A stretch of DNA of 64,000 nt. Source: Candidatus Kaiserbacteria bacterium (lineage in GTDB: Bacteria; Patescibacteriota; Minisyncoccia; Phycocordibacterales; Phycocordibacteraceae). The translations under genes were made by a program, and so were the position numbers. Position 1 is the first letter of the stretch; the number at the start of each line of letters is the position of its first letter. Shown here piece by piece: positions 1 through 8,181 of the stretch. The DNA is taken from NCBI GenBank assembly GCA_963699165.1, contig OY969413.1, positions 276,562-340,561 on the forward strand. Direction: 5' to 3'. The notes under the pieces are model-generated. The model searched no databases. It was given only the letters and a program-made list of their open reading frames with translations, and was not told where the DNA came from.

Positions 1-253
1 CGCTGCCGGTCGCGCGCGCAAGCGCCGGAGCCCCCTCGGTTACGAGCGAATTGACGAGAATCAGAAGCGCGCGGAGCATCGCCTCTTCGGCGGGTTCATT
101 GGACTTTCGTTCAACGGGTAGGCGCCGCGCATACAAAACGGTCGGCAGTTCTCCGGGAACATAGTTCGCGTATGCGCCGCCGACGGAATGCACGCCGACA
201 TCAATGAGTACGGCCGAATGAGAATTTTTTTTTGTCGAATTCAAGAAGCCCAT
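1..253 (-). CDS. Partial CDS running off the window start. Hypothetical; the N-terminal region resembles an RNase H-like fold (YqgF/RuvX- or TsaB-like: MGFLNSTKKNSHSAVLIDVGVHSVGGAY...).
   Basis: Reverse-complement translation from the ATG at 251-253 is open to the window edge. It sits 4 nt downstream of the alaS stop. The family assignment is weak. Confidence 0.3.
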   Translation of the reverse strand, partial: MGFLNSTKKNSHSAVLIDVGVHSVGGAYANYVPGELPTVLYARRLPVERKSNEPAEEAMLRALLILVNSLVTEGAPALARATGS

Positions 254-257
254 TTAT

Positions 258-2162
258 CTATTCTAGCACCGCTTTGATGCGGCGAATGCCGGCCGACGAC
301 GCTTCTTCTTTTAGAATTTTAAATTTCTTGCCTCCTTCCGAAAGTTCCCGCGTATTTTGCACATGCGGTCCGCCGCAAAACTCGATTGAAAATGCCTCGA
401 CGAATTTCGGCTCGGCTTCAGTCGCGTCTTTCGGTCCAATCGAGTAGACGCTCACCTGATCGGGATACGTCGCGCCGAATTCGTGTTCCGCGCCGAGTTT
501 GTCCGCCTCGTCTTTTGGCACCACGGAGCGTATCACCGGCAACTCCTCGGCTATTTTCTCATTTACGATACGCTCGACCTCGGCTTTTTGTTCCGGTGTC
601 ATTTTTTGTCCGTATGAAAAATCAATGCGCAAACGTTCGCTCGTGATGTTGCTACCGCGCTGATGCACATCATCGCCCAGCACTTTTTGAAGCGCCTTCA
701 AAAGCAAGTGATGCGCAGTGTGATACCGCACGGTCTGTTCGGCATTGTCGGCAAGCCCTCCGGCAAACTTTTGCGCAGCACCTGCGCGCGAAAGCGCCTG
801 GTGTTCTTCCATTTTCTTTTGCACTGCAGCCATATCGAGTGAAATTCCGTGTTCGCTCGCGATTTCTTGTGTCAGTTCAACTGGAAAACCATAAGTCGTA
901 AACAATACGAACGCATCGATGATATACCCCATTTTCTCAAGTTCTTTCAAACCGTGCGCCAGCGTCTTTCGAAATTGCGTCTCTTCTTTTTCAAGCTCAT
1001 CGCGAATCAACAGTGCCTGTTCCCGCACAAACGGATACGTAGCCGCATAAGCATCCCCAAAACTATGTGCGACCTCGGCAAGAACTGCATCTTTAATGCC
1101 AAGTTTGTCTGCCTCGCGAATCGCACGGCGAATCAGTCGCCGCAAAATATAGCCCTGTTCGGTGTTTGATGGACGAATGCCAGAAGCGATAAAGAAAGCC
1201 GCTGCATGGGTATGATCAAGAATAATTCTGAACGAACGTGTTGCGTGAGCGTCTTCACCATATTTCTTTCCCGACCGCTTCTCAAGGGCGTCTTTGCCAT
1301 TATCAAATATATCCGCCGCAAAAACATCTTGGGCGTTTGGAACGGTTGCAGCCAGCATGCGTATCAGTCCTCCCCCAAAGTCGACATTTCGTTTCGGCAA
1401 TTCTTTAAAGCTTCCATCGGTTTGCTTGATAAATTGCATAAAGACCGAGTTGCCGATTTCGATGAAGCGGCCGCAGTCGCAGTTTGGATGGCATTCCTCA
1501 CCGAATTTTTTGTCGTGCGGAGTGCCGAAGTCATAAAACATTTCAGAATCGGGACCGCCGATTTCTCCCGCGGGCATTTTTGATGGGACTCCTGCTCGGC
1601 TCCACCAATTTTTTTTCGCGCCATACGAGAAAATGCGACCGCCTTGCATTCCGATTTCCGAACCGCGTTCCTCCGTTCCGACCGCAACAAATTTTGCATC
1701 AATTCCCTTTGCAGTGAAAAGTTCATTCCATATTGTGGCTGATTCTTGATCCGCCGTCATGCCCGATTCCTCATCCCCACCGAAAACCGTCACGTATAAT
1801 TTTTCCGGATTCAGTCCGAGACCTTCATCAGCATTTGTAAGAAATTCGAAGTACCACGGAAGCTGTTCCTGTTTGAAATAATCGCCAAGTGACCAATTGC
1901 CAAGCATTTCAAAAAAAGTCGTGTGGCGATTGTCGCCGACTTCTTCGATATCTTCCGCGCGGAAAGACAGTTGCGAGTCGACGAGGCGATTCCCTTCCGG
2001 ATGCGGCTGGCCGAGCAAATACGGCACCAAGGGTTGCATGCCGCTTGAAGTAAAAAGCGTCGTCGAATCATTTTCGGGCACAATCGGAGCCGACGGAATA
2101 ATCTTATGTCCGCGTTTCTCAAAAAAGTCCAAATATCGTTTCCGTACTTCTTCAACGGTCAT
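258..2162 (-). CDS. alaS: Alanine--tRNA ligase (short form, 634 aa). Catalytic, tRNA-recognition and editing domains are present; the C-terminal C-Ala domain is absent.
   Basis: The ORF translates to MTVEEVRKRYLDFFEKRGHKIIPSAPIVP...FTSSGMQPL at the N-terminus, typical of AlaRS. The editing-domain HxxxH motif (HTAHHLL) is present and the ORF ends after a GGPHV motif. Confidence 0.9.
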   Translation of the reverse strand: MTVEEVRKRYLDFFEKRGHKIIPSAPIVPENDSTTLFTSSGMQPLVPYLLGQPHPEGNRLVDSQLSFRAEDIEEVGDNRHTTFFEMLGNWSLGDYFKQEQLPWYFEFLTNADEGLGLNPEKLYVTVFGGDEESGMTADQESATIWNELFTAKGIDAKFVAVGTEERGSEIGMQGGRIFSYGAKKNWWSRAGVPSKMPAGEIGGPDSEMFYDFGTPHDKKFGEECHPNCDCGRFIEIGNSVFMQFIKQTDGSFKELPKRNVDFGGGLIRMLAATVPNAQDVFAADIFDNGKDALEKRSGKKYGEDAHATRSFRIILDHTHAAAFFIASGIRPSNTEQGYILRRLIRRAIREADKLGIKDAVLAEVAHSFGDAYAATYPFVREQALLIRDELEKEETQFRKTLAHGLKELEKMGYIIDAFVLFTTYGFPVELTQEIASEHGISLDMAAVQKKMEEHQALSRAGAAQKFAGGLADNAEQTVRYHTAHHLLLKALQKVLGDDVHQRGSNITSERLRIDFSYGQKMTPEQKAEVERIVNEKIAEELPVIRSVVPKDEADKLGAEHEFGATYPDQVSVYSIGPKDATEAEPKFVEAFSIEFCGGPHVQNTRELSEGGKKFKILKEEASSAGIRRIKAVLE

Positions 2163-2178
2163 ACGAAAAAAGATACCA
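2128..2178. repeat. 51-bp direct repeat, copy 1. It covers the alaS start codon and first 12 codons plus the RBS region. Copy 2 is at 3728..3778.
   Basis: The sequence tccaaatatcgtttccgtacttcttcaacggtcatacgaaaaaagatacca is identical at both loci, exactly 1600 bp apart. The flanking bases differ. Confidence 0.9.
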
Positions 2179-2218
2179 CTTTTTTATAATCTCTGCCTCG
2201 CGGATTCGAGTATGGCGT

Positions 2219-2786
2219 TTACGATTGTTTCATACGTACTGCAAGCACATTTTTTGCTGCAGCGTTCGGATACGCCCATGCCTGCTCGAATTTATTAAAC
2301 GGTACCTCTCTATTCTCAACGGGCGGCACGTCGGGATCATGAAGAATAAAAGCATCGTTTGTGTAGCCCTTCAATACGACAGAATGTGAGGAGTATTCGC
2401 TTTCTCCGGCCAAACTTCCCGAGTCAATTGCACATATGCAGAGGAATCCCTGTTCGAGAAGTGACTTCAAATCATTCTCACCGGGCATTGATTGCGAATA
2501 GGAAATCTTCTTTATGAACTCCGCGCTCAAATCTCGTTCTTGTTCAATATCGCTGTTTCTAATCTGCGCCGCCGCGACCTCTTCACCGTACGTTTCCAAA
2601 AGATATTTCTCCCTTTCTTGCACAAATCGACCGTAATCAAACGTCTCAATATCTTTGATTTCAAATCCGTTCTCGACCAGCCAAAGCATCGCTGCAACGG
2701 GCCACGTCCACTTGCCTCGCGGCTTAGCGGTGATGCGCTCCAGTTCATCCCATGAAAAGTCCTTTTCGGGAAGAAAGTATTTCAGG
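2219..2786 (-). pseudogene. C-terminal fragment of a C39-like (papain-fold) cysteine peptidase gene disrupted by IS insertion. It contains the conserved His/Asp region (SHSVVLKGY...ILHDPD).
   Basis: The frame is open from the stop at 2813-2815 and begins ...LKYFLPEKDFSWDELERI. Joined to the N-terminal fragment at the 9-bp duplication it reconstructs ...CFQASIKMVLKYFLPEKDFSWDEL, a typical Peptidase_C39_2 layout. Confidence 0.7.
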
Positions 2787-3628
2787 GTATTAAGAACGAG
2801 TTGGCACAAGCGTTAATGATTTTAATAAGTAAGTGCGCGGATTTCCGAACAATTCCGGTGAGGAAAATCTGAAGCAGAATTCCCTCACGTATTGCTCGAG
2901 GTTCTCGCTCCAGTGATGATGATACATCCTCCGCACAAAGGTGCGGTATACGCCGAACACGCCTTCGATTTCGGAGGTATGTTCGAACTCGAATTTTGAA
3001 TGAATGTCTCTGCTGTGGGAGACCGGCCATCGCTTGCCGACACCCCGGTATATCGAACCGCCATCGGTCCACAACTCGCTCCCCGGCTTCACTTTGGCAA
3101 AGAGAAAGTCCATCACGTCCGTCTTGTTCGGGAAGCGATTGTGCATGACGGTATAGGCAAGCTTTCTCGTTCCTTTCTGCTTGGCCATCACGAGAGCTGC
3201 GTTCTTGAAATATGCCTCGTCCATCTGCACGATACGCTCGAGAATATGCTCTTCTTGGGGCAAATGCTCACGAAAGGTGGCATACCAGCGGCGTATCGTT
3301 CGTTCAGGCAAATGCGTGAGCTCCATGGCCTGCAAGACGGGTTCTCGTATCGTCCAGCACCAGAGGAGCATCCACCACGTCTGGAGCGGAAGCTTGAGGT
3401 TTGAGAGCCAGGTATGCGAGAGGAGCGAGAACCTTCGGCGGCAGGCAACACACCGGTACCGGTCTTCGTACCGCACAATCCTGCGCGAGCGGCAGAGCGG
3501 GCAAAACACATTCTTTCCGAACAACGTTCGCCGCAAAAACTTTCTAATCTGCACTTCAGACGGAATTTGTTTGAGCGTGTACATAGCTTCCATGATACGG
3601 GAGCTGTGCCAACAGAGTCTGAATACCC
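2787..3628. mobile_element. IS1595-family insertion sequence, about 842 bp. It has imperfect ~27-bp terminal inverted repeats (GGTATT...TTGGCACA) and is flanked by a 9-bp direct duplication GTATTTCAG (2778-2786 and 3629-3637).
   Basis: The transposase has the zinc-ribbon, HTH and DDE_Tnp_IS1595 layout. The duplicated target lies inside the reading frame of the host peptidase gene, codons L-K-Y on both sides. Confidence 0.75.
2790..3593 (-). CDS. IS1595-family DDE transposase. The likely start is MEAMYTL; the ORF track's upstream extension to 3665 lies outside the IS.
   Basis: N-terminal CxxC...CxxC zinc ribbon (CPLCRS...CVACRRRF), then the motifs QMDEAYF, ELWTDGGSIY and a C-terminal HHHWSENLEQYVREFCFRFS typical of IS1595/ISXO2-like transposases. 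Confidence 0.8.
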   Translation of the reverse strand: MEAMYTLKQIPSEVQIRKFLRRTLFGKNVFCPLCRSRRIVRYEDRYRCVACRRRFSLLSHTWLSNLKLPLQTWWMLLWCWTIREPVLQAMELTHLPERTIRRWYATFREHLPQEEHILERIVQMDEAYFKNAALVMAKQKGTRKLAYTVMHNRFPNKTDVMDFLFAKVKPGSELWTDGGSIYRGVGKRWPVSHSRDIHSKFEFEHTSEIEGVFGVYRTFVRRMYHHHWSENLEQYVREFCFRFSSPELFGNPRTYLLKSLTLVPTRS

Positions 3629-3715
3629 GTATTTCAGTACCATTTTTATACTTGCTTGAAAGCAATGTGTGTCGTCGGCGTTATTTAAGAAAAATGGGAC
3701 TTCGTAATTTACCAT
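3629..3715 (-). pseudogene. N-terminal fragment (29 codons) of the IS-disrupted C39-like peptidase gene. It carries the catalytic Cys motif (DDTHCFQASIKMVLKY).
   Basis: MVNYEVPFFLNNADDTHCFQASIKMVLKY is followed directly by the IS right end. It matches the N-terminal Cys motif of peptidase C39-like domains. The fragment is preceded by the second copy of the alaS 5' repeat. Confidence 0.65.
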
Positions 3716-3727
3716 GCGTGCCTAAAA

Positions 3728-3778
3728 TCCAAATATCGTTTCCGTACTTCTTCAACGGTCATACGAAAAAAGATACCA
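3728..3778. repeat. 51-bp direct repeat, copy 2: a duplicate of the alaS start region. It encodes MTVEEVRKRYLDF and then runs into a stop.
   Basis: Identical to 2128..2178. The duplicated alaS start codon opens a 17-codon ORF that terminates just as the peptidase gene starts. Confidence 0.9.
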
Positions 3779-3848
3779 TCTTTCTTCCTAAAATGAAGTG
3801 ATATCTTGGGCTACTATTTGGCCTATGGAGAATCACGGACTATTGGAT

Positions 3849-3866
3849 GGTATGATATATCATACC
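3849..3866. promoter_or_regulatory. 18-bp perfect palindrome GGTATGATATATCATACC lying 3 nt upstream of the ATG of the YerC/TrpR-like gene. Candidate operator.
   Basis: Perfect dyad symmetry. An identical copy occurs at 4337..4354, and both are preceded by ATGGA. Confidence 0.5.
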
Positions 3867-3869
3867 ACC

Positions 3870-4298
3870 ATGGCGCACGTATCCAGAAAGAAAATCAAAA
3901 AACAAATCGCGGCAGAACTCGCAGATCAGTTTCTGACATTTTTAACCGTAGCACGTACGAAAAAAGATGCGCACATATTCGCCGATGAACTTTTTTCGCA
4001 GACCGAACGCGTAATGCTTGCCAAGCGTCTCGCTATTGTCATACTGTTGGTGCGCGGATACTCCTTCACGCAAGTTGAAGAATCGCTTGGCGTTACGCGG
4101 CAGACGGTCGTGCGAATTTGGAAAGACATTCAGTCGGGCGGCTATCGTAAGATCGCGTCCTATGCACGCAAGCACACGAGACATTTTGAAGAGGAATCTG
4201 CTGTCGATGCTTTTATTCGCATTCTCCATCTGGGAATGCCTCCGCGAGCAGGAAAACGCTGGCAACAGCTCAACAAGCTTTTGGGTTTTGAAGGATAG
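3870..4298 (+). CDS. TrpR-like / YerC-YecD family helix-turn-helix DNA-binding protein.
   Basis: LFSQTERVMLAKRLAIVILLVRGYSFTQVEESLGVTRQTVVRIWKD matches the YerC/YecD Trp-repressor-like HTH pattern. The start is taken at MAHVS, immediately after the palindrome; the ORF track opens at 3798. Confidence 0.55.
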   Translation: MAHVSRKKIKKQIAAELADQFLTFLTVARTKKDAHIFADELFSQTERVMLAKRLAIVILLVRGYSFTQVEESLGVTRQTVVRIWKDIQSGGYRKIASYARKHTRHFEEESAVDAFIRILHLGMPPRAGKRWQQLNKLLGFEG

Positions 4299-4336
4299 CC
4301 GCCGGATAATCTAAGCATAAGTGAAAATGGATGGAA

Positions 4337-4354
4337 GGTATGATATATCATACC
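4337..4354. promoter_or_regulatory. Second identical copy of the 18-bp palindrome GGTATGATATATCATACC, about 40 bp downstream of the HTH gene stop.
   Basis: Exact match to 3849..3866. The two copies bracket the regulator gene. Confidence 0.5.
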
Positions 4355-4405
4355 TATTGTCATATAAATGGCTCATTCGAACTGAAGTTCAGACCTTCCG
4401 AAGGC

Positions 4406-4831
4406 TTAACTTTTTTTGCGGCGGATCGGGATGGATTCCCAAACAATCAGAATAAGGCTTGCGACGGCAAAGATTTCTCCGGCGAGACGGGCGGCGTCCG
4501 CTCGGTAGAATGGGAATATATCTATAAATCCACCTGAGCTGCCGACGGGGGTAATTGCAATGAACAGAAGCGAGATTGGGAGAGCCCACTTTGCGAATTT
4601 AAGCCAAGAAGAAAATACACTATCGGAAACAATCAATAAACCGATGGCAATATATAGAAAGAAAATAGAAAAAACATACAATGGATTTATAACATCTACA
4701 AGAAAATATGCGTTTAAGAATGTTTGGTAGCATATACGACCAGTGTCAGTGCACCAAAGACTAAAAAATCTTGAGGCAATAACCAAGATAGCCAATATCA
4801 AAGGGAGAAATCGAAAAAAAACAATCTTCAT
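4406..4831 (-). CDS. Hypothetical integral membrane protein.
   Basis: Multiple hydrophobic segments (MKIVFFRFLPLILAILVIASRFF...). The start is chosen at MKIVFF, 2 nt after the stop of the upstream giant gene. Confidence 0.5.
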   Translation of the reverse strand: MKIVFFRFLPLILAILVIASRFFSLWCTDTGRICYQTFLNAYFLVDVINPLYVFSIFFLYIAIGLLIVSDSVFSSWLKFAKWALPISLLFIAITPVGSSGGFIDIFPFYRADAARLAGEIFAVASLILIVWESIPIRRKKS

Positions 4832-4833
4832 TT

Positions 4834-7800
4834 TTAGAATAGTTTTCTCAGTATAACCAGAATTCCATACCAACCATTGTAAACTGCCGAGCCAAGATTT
4901 GTGAGCGCCGGCTGTTGAGAAGTTGCGTTGAGTGCGGCGGCGGATTGCGGGACGGGCTGAGTAGTTTTCTTTTGCGCGGCTGAGACTTTCAGTAGCTTTC
5001 GATGGATGATTATCGCCGTAGTCGTCGATACCTTGATTTGTTTGAGGGGTTGGACCAATGCTTGGATATGCCGTGTGCTTGATGCGGTTGTGTGTGCAGT
5101 GGACGTGGCGTAGACAGGTGAAAGTATGACCGGTATTGAAATTGCTCCCGCGCTTGCATGTGCGAAGATTGGAGTCGGTGCAGAAACCGGCGCAGATATG
5201 GATTGCGGCGGTATATAGTTCGATATTTTCCCGGGCACCGGTTGAATCGTGATAACGTCCTTTCCGTCGCTGTTCTCGTCGACGGTGAGTGTCGAAACGG
5301 TGCCGATACCGTTTGAAATGGTGAGATTTGCAGTTGTGCTTGCCGTCGTCGGTATATTTGCGATTGTGCTTGAAGCTGTAATGGTGTCGTCGGAGAACTC
5401 TTGCATATCGAGTGAGAAGGAACCGGTTGCTTGCCCGTGCATTGAAAGCTGATATTGCCCGCCTTCCGGAGCAATGATGTATTTCACATCGCCAAACTCG
5501 CCATAACTTGAATCGGGAATGTTTTCAGAAATCGAACCGTCTTGCGCAAGACCGGTCGTGTTGCCGGAAGAATCCGTAAGTTGAAGTGTGAGCGGCGAAT
5601 GGAGAAAGAAGATGAGCTTTTTGCTGGGAGTGATTGGCGCTGGCGACGTTGAGGATATATATTCTGGATAGCTGGTCATTTGATTCTCAAGAATCTCCTT
5701 TATGAAATCTCTAAGAAACGGGACTTCAAATATGTCTTTGTGTGTACGTTCGACGTTTTCATTTTTTAGATATGAATGCAAATCGAGCCAGTATCTCTTC
5801 ACGTTCGCATTCTCCGCCATCATTAGAGCGCTTGGCACAGGAACCGTATCATCCCCATCCTCGGTGAAAATCGGTCGATATTCTCGAACCGTTCCGGGTC
5901 CAACGCCGAAGGCCGAAAGAATATCCGTGGGTGCCGGCTGTGTGTAGAAATCAATTCCCGCGACGGTATCGATGCCCCATCCTGCGATTTGGTCAACCTC
6001 AATTCCGGCAGGAGGCGTCCAGGCATCGAGCACGGAGTGCTCTTTGTTTGCGTAATCAATGAGAGTCGGATTTAAAACTTCGGCGGTGCTCAAATCATCA
6101 TCGGCCGGTTTTTGCCGGCCGCCGTCCTTGCCGAGCAGATAACTATCGAGGTCTGCAAGATTGCCGATGTTACTGCCATACGCGGCAATTTCTTTTGAAT
6201 ATCCATCGCCCTCAAAGGTGGCGACATGGTGAGCGGCATCCGGCGCGATACTCTCGAGATACTCTTCCGATGGAAGCAAGTGATATGCCATCGGCGAGTT
6301 TTGCGCGAGCGAACGGGCCGCTTCGTTGGATACAACGCTGTAAACTCCATACGCGTTAATACCCGCATCATAGCCGACGAGTGTCGAACCAATTGCCGCG
6401 GGCGCGCCGCTTTGCGGCACGGCGACCATGATTACTTTGTCGACCAGCTTCGCGGCGTCGGCGTCGCCAAGCTCATTCAAAAGCGCCTTTGCCACAAGGC
6501 CGCCGTTACTGTGCGCAACTATTGTCACCTTCCCCGTCTTAGATGTCGCGGCCAAAGCGCGAAGTGTTTGTAAAATGTATGGGGTGTCGGTTGCCAGTTC
6601 ATAATAAATTTTCTCGTCCTGCTCGGTTCCGTTATTCAGCAAATCATCAAGCGAAAGCCGCCAATCATACGAAACGGGTTTCCAGTCGTTGATTGTCCCG
6701 CCGCTCTTCAATCCGTTCATTTCGTCGATGAACGATTTGTAGATATTGCCGCCCGCGGAATCAATGATGTCCCCGTCCTTTGTATAAATATCGCTGCAAA
6801 CGCTTTCGCCGTTTGTATCGAGAGAAAGTTCCTTCACTTTTCCGTCCTGATTTCCTAAAAGAACATCGCCGATGCCATCTGCGGGCTCCCAAAGTTTCTC
6901 CTCTGCCGTTTTTCCGCATCCTGTTCCCTCGTACAGCCGGCTGCCCTCGATTCCGGGCAGGAACATTACATTTGAAACACATGAGTTTGTGGCGACGCAT
7001 GGGTCGACCGGCGCCGGAGGCGCCGGTCTTGCGTGCGGATATTGGTCGACAACGTTATTGGTTGCATCGATGACGTAGGGGCCATCGCAAAAACCGTCGC
7101 CGTCGGCATCAATGCAACCCTCGCTCGATTCATCGTACGTGTCCCACGTATTTCCGCCGTCCGGCAGGTCTTTCCAAAATTGCACCGGAGACGAAGGACT
7201 TACAACAGCCGGTGTGGCATCGTTTTCAAAGTCGTTCCCAAAAATGTATGTTGTTGTATCCGATGAAGTGCCACCGCCCGAATCGGAGATATTCAGTGCG
7301 GCAAGGTTCGAGGCGAGCGGATGAGCAAGCGAAAACATCACACGGCCCGGGGTTAATACGGTAACGCCGATTGCCGAGTCCTCGAATGCATTTTTGTTAA
7401 TCGTATTCTGCGTTGAACCCGACATATTTATATACAGAGCTTGCGTGGCGGCATTCGTAATCGTGTTTCCCAAAACTGCGAGCGTCTGAACGGAATTAAG
7501 ACGGATTCCGGTAGATACGTCATCGATGTCATTATTTTGAATACTCGCTCCCGAAACATTCTCCGCGTTAATTCCGTTATTTACGCCGGAAATAGTGTTG
7601 TTATGTATTGCGGTGTCGTAGGAATATCCGGAAACATCGATGCCGCTTGCGCCATATCCATCGGGGCTTTCGCTTATGCTGTTGCCCGATGCTTCGCCGC
7701 CTACGGTATTGGAAAAATGAACGCCTATATTCGACCCAGCAACAGTATTGTTCAGCGCCTTGCCGTTGTTTGCACGATTGAAGTAGATGGCGATGTTCCC

Positions 7801-8130
7801 GCCCTTGATTGCAAGGTTTTCTATGGTTACTGCGGCTGCCCCATATATAAGAATTCCATTGGAATTGTATGGGCCATCGACGGTGAGCGTATGTCCCGCG
7901 CCATCAAGCGTGATAAATGAATCGTCTATTTCAATGTATCCGTCAACATCATCAGTTAATGTGCATGATTCTGTGTCTTGGTCCCACGTTCCGATTTGAG
8001 TGCACATGCCGCCCGAATCCGAATTTTGAATAATATAGAGTTGTCCATCCGCAAAAGCAATATGTGGAATAAGCAAAAATAAAAAAATCGATGAAGCGAT
8101 GAGGAGTCCCGTGTGCGTTCGAACGCGCAT
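4834..8130 (-). CDS. Large secreted protein (1098 aa) with parallel beta-helix repeats and an alpha/beta-hydrolase (lipase/esterase-like, GxSxG) domain, followed by a Thr/Ser/Ala-rich C-terminal region.
   Basis: An N-terminal signal peptide (LLIASSIFLFLLIPHIAFA), tandem NNTISG/IQNNDI-type beta-helix repeats and the motif IVAHSNGGLVAKALL (GxSxG nucleophile elbow; DUF676/PGAP1/LCAT-like). Confidence 0.7.
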   Translation of the reverse strand: MRVRTHTGLLIASSIFLFLLIPHIAFADGQLYIIQNSDSGGMCTQIGTWDQDTESCTLTDDVDGYIEIDDSFITLDGAGHTLTVDGPYNSNGILIYGAAAVTIENLAIKGGNIAIYFNRANNGKALNNTVAGSNIGVHFSNTVGGEASGNSISESPDGYGASGIDVSGYSYDTAIHNNTISGVNNGINAENVSGASIQNNDIDDVSTGIRLNSVQTLAVLGNTITNAATQALYINMSGSTQNTINKNAFEDSAIGVTVLTPGRVMFSLAHPLASNLAALNISDSGGGTSSDTTTYIFGNDFENDATPAVVSPSSPVQFWKDLPDGGNTWDTYDESSEGCIDADGDGFCDGPYVIDATNNVVDQYPHARPAPPAPVDPCVATNSCVSNVMFLPGIEGSRLYEGTGCGKTAEEKLWEPADGIGDVLLGNQDGKVKELSLDTNGESVCSDIYTKDGDIIDSAGGNIYKSFIDEMNGLKSGGTINDWKPVSYDWRLSLDDLLNNGTEQDEKIYYELATDTPYILQTLRALAATSKTGKVTIVAHSNGGLVAKALLNELGDADAAKLVDKVIMVAVPQSGAPAAIGSTLVGYDAGINAYGVYSVVSNEAARSLAQNSPMAYHLLPSEEYLESIAPDAAHHVATFEGDGYSKEIAAYGSNIGNLADLDSYLLGKDGGRQKPADDDLSTAEVLNPTLIDYANKEHSVLDAWTPPAGIEVDQIAGWGIDTVAGIDFYTQPAPTDILSAFGVGPGTVREYRPIFTEDGDDTVPVPSALMMAENANVKRYWLDLHSYLKNENVERTHKDIFEVPFLRDFIKEILENQMTSYPEYISSTSPAPITPSKKLIFFLHSPLTLQLTDSSGNTTGLAQDGSISENIPDSSYGEFGDVKYIIAPEGGQYQLSMHGQATGSFSLDMQEFSDDTITASSTIANIPTTASTTANLTISNGIGTVSTLTVDENSDGKDVITIQPVPGKISNYIPPQSISAPVSAPTPIFAHASAGAISIPVILSPVYATSTAHTTASSTRHIQALVQPLKQIKVSTTTAIIIHRKLLKVSAAQKKTTQPVPQSAAALNATSQQPALTNLGSAVYNGWYGILVILRKLF

Positions 8131-8181
8131 TGCTACCAGATATATACCGAAATGATTCAGCGCGCAAGATAAGCAACTCCG

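Noticed and set aside
5010-5474. Numerous antisense or alternative-frame ORFs of 60-230 aa inside leuS, the atp genes, the giant surface-protein genes and the transposase genes (for example 5010..5474, 22633..23244, 38365..38811, 53339..53776).
   Set aside because: They are embedded in well-supported genes on the opposite strand or in another frame, have skewed Arg/Ser/Pro composition, and carry no motifs. They are treated as spurious.
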